Of a stretch of 64,000 nucleotides of DNA, positions 22,837 through 37,100 are shown piece after piece. The stretch is taken from NCBI GenBank assembly GCA_036172245.1, contig JAYWIR010000032.1, forward strand, positions 2,232,001 to 2,296,000, written 5' to 3'. The DNA comes from Raillietiella orientalis. Taxonomy: Eukaryota. The translations under genes and the position numbers were made by a program. Positions within the stretch are counted from its first letter, which is position 1. Every line of letters begins with the position of its first letter. Below the pieces are notes generated by a model. The model ran no database searches. It was not told the origin of the DNA and worked only from the letters and a program-made list of their open reading frames with translations.

Positions 22837-25162
22837 CTTCCTGATCTTCCTTCTCCTCCGGGTGCCTGGCTCCGAATGCCCATTATGCTCCCCCCAGGGG
22901 GCGTGTAGGTGGACCCGGCGCGATTGGTCCGGGAATTCTCAATTAGCGGGGCGCGCGTGCGGTTGCAGCTGCTGCCGCCGACGCCGGGTTCACTAATTAA
23001 CCGGTCTGGAGGTGACGGGGCGGGGGAGCCCGGTCGGCTGGTTCCTCCCGGCGCGCCGGGATCCCTCCAAGGACTCCCCCTCTGCCCTACCTGAGGTCTG
23101 CCGGTGGGCGCGATCGTGGCGGAACCTGTCCTCGGAGACGAAGACTTTCGCGGCCGCAGGCCAAGGAGCGCATCGACACGACCATGCGCACGGGAATCTC
23201 TCCATCCCCACCCCCGCGCTCCCTGCCGTTCTCCGGCACGGCATGGAGTCACGCGCGGCCCGGGTCTCCCCTCCCCCGTTGTCGTCCCGCCGTGCACGTT
23301 CAGCACGCCGCCGGGCGGGACGAAAGAATTCGCTTGCGCCGCGAGGATCACGGGGGCACCTGGAGAAGGTCCCCCAGGACGGTGAGCGCAACTGAGCGAG
23401 CACACTCGTTCCGCCTCGGGGTACTACGACTCGGTCCAAGACGGCTCAGAAGGGAGAGGCTTGGTCTGACCTTGCCCTTGGGTTTCACGGAACCACGAGC
23501 GCCCCACGGAAGGGACCACCACAGATCAGCCGTCCTGCGTTCGCCACCCGCGCCAGAGCCTTGCGTTGGCCAGAAAATCTGGTGGTCATGCGGCCATCCT
23601 GTGCTCGGTGCGCGTCCGCACCGCGACGGCTGTGGTTTCCATTGGAACACGAGGCATGGGATGTCCATTGTGTCTCCACGGAGTCTTCCCGGTTCATTCA
23701 CTCTTGTGGGATGCTTTTCGTGCAGGTGTTACCGTTCACATGAAAAACACATGTGCTTACGTGCCGGGACGGCACGGTACGGAGAGAGTTGCGCGTGCGT
23801 GCGCGTGATGCATTGGTGTGCACTCGAAGACGTGCCGGTGGCACACGTGCAGCGAGGATTCCGTACCATCACATTCACTTGGAAGCAGTGTACGATGCGT
23901 CTCTGTACATGGAACTCGAGAATCCACTGGGAGACCCAGGTGAAGCAAAGAGTGCAGAGAACACCAAGCATGGATGCGCGGCAGCCGCGTAGTGCGTCCT
24001 CTAGTCAAGTTGTCACGTCGGAGAAGCTGGCGACCCTGTCGTGCAGGAAATCCTCGTTCGCCCTCCTCTTGTCCCGAGCACTTTCCGTCCGCGTTCAGGC
24101 TGGCCGCGGCAGCCGATCAGGTCGCTGGTTCGGCACTTCCTTCCTCATGGCCCATTCCTTCGCAGGTTTCGGTAGTTTCACGGCCGAAACCTCCCACAGC
24201 TTCCGAGCAGCAGTCGGCAGCGTCGTGTGCGCACCAATGGCGCACCTGAGCCAGCACCGATGAGGCGAATCTCCTGATGGTTCACACCAGAGGACGAAGA
24301 CCTTCCCTGTCGAGTCTCTTCCACGGTTCTTCCTGTGACAGATGCCTCTCGCGTGGCTTCCCTCGGCACGTGTCGGCTCTCTTTCGCGTGCGACTCTGGT
24401 GACTCCCGGAAGGTCGAGTTCTCCTACCCCCAGTCGCCCAGGCAGCAAGAACCGACGCTGTCTCGGGGAAGGAAGGGGGAGGGAAGAGAAACAGTTAGGG
24501 TGACAATCGGGTCTGTCGGCTGAACATGCGATGTCGTGTTGGGCCGCGAGTCTCTGGTCAGCTGGTTCTGATGCAAGTAGCAGCCGCTTGCTTCTACCGC
24601 ACACTTTCATCTGTCATCAATCTTCTACACGCAACTGCTGTTCAGTTTTGGCAAGCCCCCATTGAAGTCAGCGTATATCTCGTGTAGCTTTTTAGAAACA
24701 CTGTGTTTTTTTTTTTTTTATCTTGCCCGGTTGCAGATAGTCCGCATCTTCCCGTAAACATAGACTGAGGGGCAAGGCGGGAATCGATCCTTCGAAACTT
24801 TGGCCCCTGACCGCATGCATCCTTTTCGAAGCAGTCGCGACCTCTGCGGAAGGGCGCCATGAAATTGCCATCCCCCTGCGCCTGGTGCACAAGACCTTCG
24901 CGCGAAACCAGAGCCAAGTTCGAGCCCGTGCCTGTCACCACTTCCGAATCGAGATGCTTGTCCATGCGGTCTTCGAGGGAGCTGCGACTGCTCGCCACCT
25001 TTTGGCACCTATCCGGCTGTGGCACCGAAAGTTTGGAGTATCAGGACAAGTAGAATCAGCTCGGTTTCTTTGCGCTGACCCCGGAGCGTAGGGTAGCGGG
25101 GGAGGATAGCTGATGCTCGGCAAAGCCGTTGGCTAGAATGCACGGGCTGGAGGAAGCACAGT

Positions 25163-25570
25163 TCACTTCGAGCTCGTGCACCTGGTCATGGCTTTCGTGC
25201 ACCTTCCGAGACGGCATGCTTGGCCAATTCTATGAGCAGCAACAGGTGCACCGCCGTCTGCACTTCCCGGCTGGTGCTGGTCCTGTGTGCATATTCTAGT
25301 GGGGACACAGGGATGGGAAGCTTCTGCTGTTTTACGCCCGATGATGTTCACGAAGCTGTTCATAATCGACATGGCCTTGCCACAGACACTCGTATCCGGA
25401 TGCACCTGCTTCGAACCTTCGGAGCATCGTCTTTCTTCTGACTGCTTCGATCGGTGCTCAGGTCGGCATGACCTTCTTCCCAGCAGCGGCTTCTTTTGCC
25501 TTTGTTCAACCCCCGAGCGAGCCTTTTGCGATCGCAGATCGAGTCGCTTCCCGCCTGTTGCATTCGCTGG
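25163..25570 (-). pseudogene. Histone H2B pseudogene (orphon) with frameshifts
   Basis: [22 protein letters not shown]...AEAS, then in a shifted frame [25 protein letters not shown], then [11 protein letters not shown] ending at the canonical H2B terminus. The 5' boundary is approximate. Confidence 0.88.
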
Positions 25571-28500
25571 AACAGGGACGGCGCCGCTCCTAGGCGAACG
25601 TCGCGCGAGAACGCTTCGTTGGGTTTCCATCAGTCCATTACTCCAAGAAATGAGCTCCTCTAACCCGCGGAAGTCCTTCCGCGGGCATCAGATGCATCCG
25701 CAACAGTTAGATGTTTTTCGTTCCTTCCGCTAGGGAAAGCAGCGGTCCACGAATAAATACCATTACGCCCCCACGCTCAGAACGCATCATGGCAGCTTCG
25801 GCTACATTCATTGGGCTGCGGGCGTAAGCACTTGTGAAACGGTTGCAGTCACAGCGCGGCTCCAGGAACCACCCCGCCACGCGGAATCTGGAGTCGTGGG
25901 TCTTCCCACGCTTCCGGGTGATGTGGTGCATCAGCAGCTCTCCTATTCTTGTTCCACATCCTTGTGAAGGAGGAGCCGGTCCTACTTGCGCACGTGTCCA
26001 ACGTGAGATGAAGCTAAGCTCCATTTCTATGCGATGTAATGCACATGCATACAGATCATAATGCACTCGACGGATACGTCACGTGCAGTCAGCTAGACGC
26101 ACAATACGCACAACAGCTTCCTACATTTACCGTGCGTACGAATCAGATCGCCCCTAGCTGTACACTTTCCCCCTGATTCGCCAGAGTCGTGGGCGCGCAT
26201 TTGCGTGGCGCATGTGGGTAGACGCGTCCCTGCGCCTTCCGCCATGTCTCTCCTGCTCATTCCTTTACGTAAGCAACCACGTGTCTGATTGCGTGAACGA
26301 ACAGCCGGTCGTAAGACGACGCTTCACGTAGCGATCGCTATAGCAAAGAGCAGGAATTGCTATAGCACGCTTCTTTTGAGTTGCTGCATCCGCACGTTGT
26401 ACGTCCTTTCTTTTGGGCCTTCCTCCTGAGGTCCTCAGGATTGTTGGATTCTTGTCTTGAACGCTGCCAGGTGCGACTGCTGGCCTCCTTGGACGTTTGC
26501 ACCGTCCGCTGACCCACGTTTCGATCGGTGGCCGGAACGTTGTTCCACGTAGCGGAAGACGTTTAACTGCGACGGACACACACACACACAACCTCAGTCC
26601 CGAAGGTGTTCCGGAGAACCGACGATCATGCGGGGAAACCGAGCTGTCGTCTTGGCGCCGGGATCATCTGACGGATGAGAGCGACAGGGTCATCCAGCAC
26701 GCAGTTCTTGAGATCAGCTTCGCTTGCAGCAGCGATGAAGGCGAGATATAGCCGAAGCAGCAGCTATCTCCCGCCATTACTGATACATCCATCGGAGGAG
26801 CCTATGAAATTACTCCCTCCATTACCCAGCCGATGACATGACTCTCTCCATGACCTACAAGTGCCCTCCCCCTCTCCTGCCACTACTGATGGAGCCATCT
26901 GGGGAGGCGCGATGGCTCCGCGTTCTCTGCCACCTCGACCTGCAAAACGCCGATTCGAGCCGGCAGCTTGAACTGAGACTGTCAGCTTCAGCTCCTCCTC
27001 AGCAGTGGATGCGGCACTCAGTCGGAACCTCGGATGCGACCTGTGAAGGTCGTGCGAAGCTTTGGACAGATCGTCTGAACCAACAACGGCTTCTTTCCCC
27101 GCTTACAGAACGATACTTTTCTGGTTATCAGGTGCTCCCACATGGAACTCTGCGGCCTGCTGTTAGAACGGAGGATGCATCCGAATCGTACATCCTGATG
27201 TGTGGGTAGATCTTAAAAGGTCAAGCTGCCATCCTTTAGAACTCTTTACGAGGGTAGCCATGGCATTGGCACTGTGTTCAGGCTGCAAGGAATCATCGTG
27301 GCTATGAAGGAAGATCTGATCGGACCATGTGGAAGTGGAGCACTGCCCAGGACGAGGTACTGTGTATGCCGCACGACGTAAAGTACGATCTCCTGAACGA
27401 TTCCTGCCTCTGTACTCAGCTGAGTGAAAAATGTGGTAGAAATAGGTCTGGCCTTCCGTCACATCCTTAGTGAAGAGAGTAATCATCCTTGCTTTGTCGT
27501 GAACATGAATGGGAACTCCCCCTCATCCACTGAGAGCGTGATTGCCTGGTGTGTCTGTTCTTCCTTTCTAATGTAGAAAGGAAGAACAGACCCCATAGAA
27601 GGAATTTAAAAAAAAAAAATCGAGCCATCTCGCTTTTAGACAGTCTGCATGTTGTGGGGATTTCCATCTGGATAGCAGAGATGCATTCTCCTGAACTTTC
27701 AGAGCGATGCCATGCTTCCGGACGCATCTACGCTCAGGTCACGTGTCCCCGCACAACAGCTTCGTGCGGACTATTGCTTTCACGAAAATTGGTTCTTCTA
27801 ATTGCTCATCAAATTCCATCGATCTTCGTTTGATATTGCATGACCGTCTCCGCTGTATTTTCATGCCATGTTTTCGCTTGAAAGCGAGCGAGCAAGTGCA
27901 GCATCTGTGCTTTTCCTGCATGTGCGGTTGGATATGATTCCACACAAGTAATAAAGTGGTGTTGAGTAAATCATTCGGGCTGCTCGGTATTACTGAAAAC
28001 ATCCGGTACTGGAATTAAGGAATGGTTTAGATCATGTATGGACTTCAGAGTTCGAACATGAAAGCAGAGGGTAGGAGAATACCAGTGCAAAAGATCCACA
28101 GTTAACGGGAGGCTGCCAGGTCATCGAGAACATGTCGAATGCAAGCAATGGAGAGAAAATTTCACTTTGCAAGAGAGGAAAAAGGAATCTGCTCCAGCGT
28201 TATTGTTAGTGATTTTCTGGTCTCTGCTTTCACTGATGGAACCATGTTATCCTGGAAAACGCATACTATAGACAAAACATCTACTCTAGTCACGTTGAAT
28301 ACCTCATTTTTTTCCCCTTAATATCATTCCTTTTATCTCACTGCGTGTTTATAAGGAATCTTCTCTTTGAAGATGAAAAATTCTCTAGGGAAAACTACAT
28401 TCAAGTAGTAGTCAGTACTGTGAATAACATCGTTCGCCTTCATCAATATCAGCAAAGAACATTATCTACCGAGAACATTATATGACCGAGAATACTCAAG

Positions 28501-30178
28501 TCTTAAGAATACTCGTCACCTGACAATCCATAGTTAAACTGACATAAGAACTTGCAGCTCTATTCAAAAGTTACAAAAAAAATGCGAGGCTTCCGTTGAT
28601 CAGAGTCATGCTATCTTAGTGCTTGCATTTTCCAAAAACGGTGCTTAAGAATCCAATAGCCGTACAAGTAGAGCAGAAATCTTGCGCTACTGATGCATGC
28701 ATTTCTCAGCTCTCCAGTTTTTGACGTTGGGTATCAATGCAGAGCTCTCTGCTATGATTTGAAGCTGGTGTGAATGGTGCTTAATGATAACTTTTCTTTC
28801 AATAATCAGAGATAGAGTCATATTGTGGATATGTACCATACTAGCATCTACCATCTACCATATCTGCAGAATACGATACTGGCTCATGATTTTTGTTTTT
28901 ATACCAAGATAAGAACCTAGAAGACATACAGTTTACTCTTTGTAGATTACCTAATTCGATCAGTTCTCTGGGGGAAAAAACACCTGATCTGAACAAAAGT
29001 TGTCAGTGTTGCTGAAGAAAAGTGTGAATCTGGGAGAAGGCCCATACAAGCACCAGAATGATGTGTGATTTTTTGTTTTTTCAAAAAGAAAAGCTTTACT
29101 TATGATTATGCGATTAACATTCGCGAGAGTTTGAACAATCATCTTTAGATTGATGAGAGTCAAACCGATCCAACCGCCGAAACGAAAACAAGGAAGAACA
29201 AATAGAATAACTGGTTGCAGTGATTGTTTAAGGATAAGGTTCAGCTTAAAGACCAATGCTATGGAGAACCTGTGCATGACTTTCCTTGAGCATTTAGGAT
29301 TGTCGCAGTGAATTGTGCACCCCGGTGATCTAATCATAAATTTCGCCCCCTATCCAAAGCTGGAGCATCCGAGATGTCTATTTTTCAGCCATGGATCTAC
29401 TCTGAAGTAAAATGACAAGTTATCTTATGACAAGGATTTACGTATATAGACCAACTACCAATTCATTACATTTAATTGGAATGTGCGCCATATTACTTGC
29501 AAATTTATGATCTTTGTTGACCTTATTTCGATGATATTCGATGACTTCCGATATGTGTATCAGTTTAATAATGGAAAGTTGATTCCTAATATAACAAATT
29601 CATTATATTAATCTGAGCCGACTGAGTTCTTTAATCCAGAGCGTATCTTTTCTAAGATGTTTAATGGCATAAAGCGTTTTGAAAAAGATGACTGATGATT
29701 GTATAATCTGAATTTTTCTTGCTAATGGTACCGACGGCTAAGTACTTTAGGGAAAAAGAAAAATCAAGAATCTGTGAAATCAAAAGCTTCTGAAAAATAC
29801 AACTTGTGAAGCGAAATACAATAGTTCTATCCATGAGTTATCATTATTCAAATCGGTTTGTAGAAATTCAAAATAAATGTTTCAAATAAAAGGAATATTC
29901 TTGAACAAGGATGAAAATGATAATGAAAACAGCAAATCATAAGAAACAAACTGCAAGACATCCTACAAAATACAAGACCGAGGGAAGCTACAGAAAGTTT
30001 GTGTAAAATTTTCTTTTGCTTCCTCATTTTTGAAAGCACGATATAAGCGTGTGTGCACTTGGTAACACATCCGAAAGTCGTTCTTGTTCTGCATGGTGAC
30101 AGTGAACGCAAGAATGGACCATTACTGGTGTTTTACTTTAAACGCTGATATCTAGTAGTAATACGAATCATATTCCAA

Positions 30179-31060
30179 ATGGATCACGAAACCGAGCAGC
30201 TAGCAGAATCCTCTGGTTTTCCTATTGGACCGTTACCTGATGTGAAATATCCTATTAAGGTTACATACTGCGGCAATTGCACCATGCCGTTGGAGGTACC
30301 CAACTTTGTAATTTTTTTCCACCCATTTTAATGATCACCAATTTCCCTTGCTCCTTAAGCCCTTCACCCCATTTTTGTCAAGTACTTCTCGGCCGCTTGT
30401 GTGAAATTTGTTTTTTTTTTGCAGTACTGTGAGTTCTATCCTGAATACGAGAGGTGCAAAGAATGGTTGCAGCATAATATGCCAGATGAATTTGTTAGAT
30501 TAAATCTGGGTAAGCTTGAAAGTGACAATGATGAGGAATTTGTGTTTCGATTTAGATGTATAATTTGCTCAAGAGCGATGTGGCCAAATATTGTGAATCT
30601 CAAGTGTGATTCAGGTCAAGAAAGCAACACTGAAGCAGATGAAAAAAAAAGACAAAAGCGAGGTGGAAAAGGCGGCCTGAAAGCTAAGAAGAAACAGGAA
30701 GTCGTGAAGTCTGTTAAATTAGCTCTGGCTTCTCGTGGAAAAAAAAAATCGGTGACAATAGTAACAGGATTAAAAACATTTGGTACAGCATGTTTAAGTA
30801 CACTTGCAAAATTAAAAACGAACATATACAGATATTGATCCAAAAGAGGCTTCCAAATTTTTCGCTGGCAGGTTTTCTTGTGGTGCATCTGTAACTGGAG
30901 ATGATGAAATTGTGGTTCAAGGGGATGTAAAAGATGATATGTTTGATGTAATAACCGAAAAGTGGCCCCAAGTAAGCAAGTGTTACGAAATATTGGTTGC
31001 CATCCATGTTAATAGGTGGACTCTGACCTCATTGAGGATGTTGGTGAACAGAAACGATGA
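30179..31060 (+). CDS. DENR: Density-regulated protein (SUI1-domain translation re-initiation factor), 5 exons
   Basis: [22 protein letters not shown]...[65 protein letters not shown]. Stop at 31058-31060. Confidence 0.95.
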
Positions 31061-31112
31061 TTTAGAAGCAGTGGATACATGTTCTTGGAATCTCATAATC
31101 AAGAACTGCATG

Positions 31113-31118
31113 AATAAA
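31113..31118 (+). terminator. Probable DENR polyadenylation signal
   Basis: AATAAA about 50 nt after the stop codon. Confidence 0.6.
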
Positions 31119-31156
31119 AATTAATGCATTACAGACATTTCTATTTGTATTGTCTA

Positions 31157-34100
31157 TCACTTGTTTTCAAGAAGAATTTGCAACTGGTGCACAAGTTCTC
31201 TTGCCATCTTAAGTATAATTTTGACATCATGATGCTCTGCCATTTCTGGAAACCAGCATGCTAACAAATACATCTAGTTCTCCTTACCATTAAAAAATTT
31301 GATAATATCCGTGAATTCCATATTGTTGTCAAGAATGATGTTCCTGTAGTACTGGACCAATGCCAGTGCAACAAACAAAATGAAATGACTGGAAGCAATC
31401 TTGCTAGCTGACCAAATGCACTCCCACACACAAAACACATCATCATATAAGAACTCTGGAAAGAGATCCATAAATGCAAATTTCTTGATTCATGCAGGGT
31501 ATTCTGTGCAACAAAAGACATGGGCTTGCTGAAGAGTAAGGGCTATCAGAATTTTGCAACTCAAGAGATTGAGTCAATAATGAAATATCCTTGCACTTGC
31601 TCCTGACACATAAAGAAGCAGTTAAGACAATGTACACACCTCTCTTGAAGTCTAAAAGGAACCACCGGTAGCAGAAGTAGAAATGGGTGTAATCACCATT
31701 CTGGTGCATCAGCTCAAACATTTCATTGTCCAGGATTTGAAGCAGTGACCTATGGGAAATTTACTGAATGCAAACAACTAACATGTACATTTTTGGACCT
31801 CATATTTGCAAAGTGGGTATCCATTGCTCCTCCATGGGGAAAGTTTGCTTCAAGTCGTTGCATTTGATGACAAAAACAAATGTAAGTTTTTGCCTCCTCA
31901 TCAAAGACAACAAGAAGTGGTGCTAGCAGGTCACACATACCTTGCATGTAACCTACTTCCAAGTGCTCCCATACATAGCTGTTCTCCCCCCCCCAAGCTT
32001 ACTTCCATCTTAACATGCCCACTCACGTGCACATGATGTTCCGAAGTTTCTCTAGGTTTTGTGGTGTGAAATAAGGATAATTACGGTCACATCTCTGCAC
32101 ATCCTTATCAATGCGATGCAAATTCTGACTGAAAGATTCCAGCAGCTCTGTCTGTGGCACTTAATATCACCATGTCTTATGTGCACTTTACTCACAGAAT
32201 AAACGCTACTGCCATGACTGGCAGGAGATTCCGGAAAGGAAGCACCTGAGCTGCTTGATGAGTATGCTGTAGCATGCACATTGTCACTTGGATTGGCCAG
32301 CTAAAGGCAAATTACTCAAAGCAGTCAACAACTTGATAGATCACCTGTTCCTTATGGGATGTACCACCTTCTTCATCTGATTCCATTGGATCTTCGAACA
32401 CCTGAGAGGACAAAAATGCATTAATCACCTCACTACATCAACTAAACAAGAGACAGCACTTCATTGCTCAGCTGTGTCTCAAGATGCTGAGGTCTGATAT
32501 CAGAGCTGCTACTTGATAAGTGCTTTTTAAGAATTTGCTCCTTTTCACGACTTAAAATGATTGCTTCTGCAGCTAACCATTCAGACATGGTGTTTTCATA
32601 CTGACGCTGCACACATTCATCCATTGCCTGACGTTCCTTTGCAACACTATCTGCTTTGTAGCAGCCAAGTAAATAAGGCCACACCTATGGAATTGGTACT
32701 AAATGGTACAATAACTACAATGTCACCTCTTTGCGAAGGGAATGCTCCACGCCGCCAAAATACGTATGACAATACAAGTCATGTTCACTCAATAGTCTAT
32801 TCTTATCATGAAGGTGATCCCACACCTCATGGGTTATGCCACTCCATTTGCCTGATGGAAAGTCATTTCCTATCACATGTAATGATCCTAAATACCTGTA
32901 TCCGGAAATTCGGAAGCAACTTTTTCAAATACCAGAGCAGAAAGGTGAGTGCGCACAGTATGCAAGTGCCTACAGTGGGCCAGCCAGCCATAAAATGCTC
33001 GAGACATGATTTGCTGCTTCATGACATCACATACTTGGTTTAGAGAATCCCTGCAACCATTCATGCTGAGGTACTATTCCAATCTTGCAGATTACTTACT
33101 CCGACAAATCCGACTGGGCGGAATGGTATGATGACACAGATGAAGTCTGTGTAGAACTGGAGCTTGAATGAGCTGGCTGCTGTGTTGCTGCATATTCAAT
33201 GTTCTTTCGCAATGATTGATCTACCAATGAAAACACGAAATGATAACAATATAACCTATTATTTACATCATTCCAGTAACAACCTGTGCGGTAGGAACGA
33301 AAATGGTATAAAATCCTGAAGACCAGATCTCGAGATCCACTGATGGACTCCTTTGATGTTGTCCACTGATGGTCCAAAAGGATCCCTAGGCAAAATAGAA
33401 GGAAATGAATATGAAGATTAAGAATGGTTGCTGAAAGATATTTTAGTATGATGAGTGGTAAAAAACAAAACCTTTAACTTGCTGTGACCATAAAGGTGGA
33501 TCCAGCTGACCATCAGGGAGAAGTCCTGTTTCCAAACAGGAAAGAAAAGTCATTAGATGACCTCCAGGAGGGAATACCAGGGGAGGTCTCTGGACACCAT
33601 CCTGACCAACCAGCACAACTGAGCCTCTGTCCTCTGCAACAAAATTGGAACTTAGAAAATGATATCTGGTATCATATCTACCTTGTTGGTGACAGTGCAA
33701 GTAAACAATATCTTCCACAGGCAGGTGAAGAGAATACTGCCAGTAAATGCTGCAAGGTCAAATGTTACTAAACCTCTGAGATGCAGTCAGCTGAGAATAT
33801 AGCAGGGGCAAAGAACCTGGTGTTTCATATGTTAGCACACATGGAACATCAGGACACCACCTCCAGGTGAAGTGGCATGGTTATGGACAAAGGGAGAACA
33901 AATCATGGTTGCAAAGATGAATGATCGCAAAAACATTTACTAGATTCTGGCTGACTGAAGATCACATTTGTATGCAAAAAGAATGTGCTATTGTTCTGGC
34001 AAAAAGTTGGAACAGAGATAAACAAAATACCTTTTATCTTCAAGGGATTCTGTGGAATCATTACCACCATTCATTAAGTAGTTCGGAGTCCACTTGAGAA

Positions 34101-37100
34101 CGAGGTTACCTAAACTCTCATGCAGAGATAAATACCCATGGAGAAAGCCAACTTCAGGTTTCTAAATTCAAACATTAAATGACCTCATTTGTCAGAGGAC
34201 TACATACAGGTTGGACACGCACATTGTTTTTCCCATACAATAATTTCGCTCTATTATTCTGGTGAAGAGATTCTACATAGTCTCGGGCACATAAAGATGA
34301 CTTCGAATCCTCTAAGCTACTACCCACTGGTACACAGCACTGCAGTGAAAAAATGAAAAGTGAGAATAAAAATTCCTTCCACCTTAGCACCAAATTTTCG
34401 TAAGTGGGAAGAAGTCTGTGGACTAGTGGAACTATAATAACCAGATGAAATACGATGTCTTTGAACCAATTCATCTGCAGGTGGATCAGACCAAAATCCA
34501 TCTTGAGTTTTCAATTTGGAGTAATCCAATGCACATGGTCCAACTGAAAGAACACCATTACTAAGTTATCAGAATCAAAAGCAAAGAATGAGTCTAATGT
34601 GACTCACCTAAAAGTGAACTGAGAATTGGACCACAGTCAGGATCAGAGATCAAAGCATCTTTCTCATAAAATTTACTGATTAATAGAAAAAGGAAAGTTA
34701 TTGGTTAAACGAACTACAGATTAAGCTACTTCAAAGAAAGCAGTTCTCTTTAATTTGAGAAAAATAGGCATCATGAACGTCTACATGACTCACCTGCAAT
34801 TATCAACCAAAAACTCAACAATTTTTGTTAGCAATTTTTCAGACAGGGCCACTCGAATCCACAGATAGCGGGAATGTCCCATTGGTTCCCAAGTAATTTT
34901 GGTTTTGCTCACATTTTCAGCATTGGAGCTTTTCCTAATTTTGTAAACAAAAGAAAGCAATCCATAAAAACAGAAAAGGCAATGAATTTGGTAAAAGATT
35001 TAGTAAGACACAAAATTTGTACATCTTCTAAACATACCCCATATTCCCATTTTCAATATCAACCACCATACAAGAAACAAGAGCAGCTGCTTCACAGAGT
35101 TTAGCAATTTTATGAAGCAATGCAACAGTAGAACTACTTTTGAACAATCCTAAAACTCTCCTTTTTATTTTATGTGAAAGGCAGGCTTCTACAGCAGCTG
35201 AAACATGGAAGAGTAAAAAACATCAGATAAGATTCCACAGTGCATTCCATAAGAATAATGGTAACAAAAAAGAAATCTACACCCAACAGCACAATATTTT
35301 TAGTTATGGAAAGAGTACATCCTAACAAATCTGAGTATGAGGTTCTTATATGGATTATCACAATTACATCAAATCTTACAGCAGAATAGAATAACTGCCA
35401 TGCTATCCTCATGAACAAATTTCTTGGTCACAGCTTCTTCCATAATCTGTTTTACCTAAAAAGAGTCAGAAATTTAATATGTGAACATATTGCATGTGGC
35501 AGAAACATGTTTTTAAAGAAGTAATTTCCAAGCATGTGGAAACAGAAAAACTCCACACATGGAAGCAAGCATTCCTTAGTGTTGGTCTTCGTCCAAAATA
35601 CGGATTTTACTGAATCGGAAAAAGTTTTTATGAATAATTTGCATTATTTATGCCTCTCGATTTGATAACACACAAAAAACATTATGTCGAATAAATCTCC
35701 AAACTTTGAAAATATTGATTTTTAAAGTAATTGCATTTTCACTTATGCCCAACCATCAAAGGTGATGTGTTAACTTAAACAACGATGTTTTTTGGTCATA
35801 TACGAAAAATTTTTTTAATGCAATTTAAATTAACAAAACAATAAGCCATGAGTGGAAGACAAATACATGGTCATTTCTTGGGTCATACACGTACTTCAAG
35901 CATGCCTAGAATAATATAGAATGCCTAGATTTTCATATTATCATCATTCCATATTATTATTTTAGGCATTTAAGTGGCGAATTTTAGAATTCGCCTAAGT
36001 TCTATAAAAAAAAAAAAACTGCATATTTATCTCTTACAAACAAATTGCATATAAATATTCGAATATCCACCACGGATTAATGGCTGACTGTCTATATTCT
36101 CTAATTAAATGCACTAAAACTTCTTTTCTTCGTCAAAAAGGAGATTCAATGTTAAAAATCAAGTTATTACAAAACAATCATTTTCTTATAACTGGATGTT
36201 TAGTGTACATGCTTCAAAATCCAAGTGTAAATGTGCATTCTACTATGATGCACATGGAGCTAGCATATTATCAATAGTTCATAACAATCTTCAATTTGCT
36301 TCTCAACTACAAGTTAATTGCAATGAAACACAACAAATTGCTGTCAAATCAAAAAAGTATACAGGAAGACCTGCTAACAGCTTGATGGTCTTGCTCTTGG
36401 AATCAGATAATTTATGCAGTTAGAGGGATTCAGATAATTCTGGAATTGGTTAGTTTTCAAGGGAACTATCTATCTGTACAACCTTTTCTTTGGTCAAATA
36501 AATAATTTATTTTTGTCTCTCATCTCAAATCAAAAAAACAAATACATAAAAGAGTTTTACTGAAAATTTCAGGCTACATTCACTGAATTTAAATTTGAAA
36601 ACATGCAAGCTCACATCACTTTTACATCATGATAATTGAAGAAAATTTATCCTTCATAAATATTTTGTGCATAGATTTGTCATTTGTGATATTTTTGCTA
36701 TTGCTAATACCTTGATCACCATGAATGCAGATTTTCTTTTGAATGAAGGTATTCTATCTGATTCAGACATAATACTCTAACAAAGAAACCTATACGAAAA
36801 AGGCAAATTTGAAATAACACATTAAGTTGCCGATAAATGCTAGTCAAAAAAACGAAATTACGTTTCCCAATCTCATGCAGTTATATGGCTTGAGTTCTGC
36901 TTCCATACTGAAAAAATGGGGAAATAGGCCATACAGAAAATGAAGCAAGGCAGTAACAGAATACTGCTTTGTTTCCTTTATTATTTCCACACCAATGAAT
37001 AGAAAAATTGTCTCAGATGACCACTAAAACTGCACACAAGACTGCTAGAACCTTTTGTTGTTCAACTGGTCACATTTCTTATAGTTCACCGAAAATGATG

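Noticed and set aside
14200..24300. Many long overlapping ORFs (200-390 aa) on both strands
   Set aside because: Expected from stop-codon scarcity in GC-rich DNA. They are Arg/Pro/Gly/Ser-rich with no recognisable domains, apart from the protease exons already assigned.
24000..24320. Possible H2A relic next to the H2B pseudogene
   Set aside because: Only scattered short resemblances (RSS, GAP, ARD); no contiguous alignable histone segment.
29270..29400. DHRGAQFTA, resembling an LTR integrase SDxGxQF motif
   Set aside because: A single short motif with no supporting flanking homology.
30510..30614. Possible C/D snoRNA in DENR intron 2 (ATGATGA box C)
   Set aside because: No CTGA D box, terminal stem or convincing rRNA antisense element.
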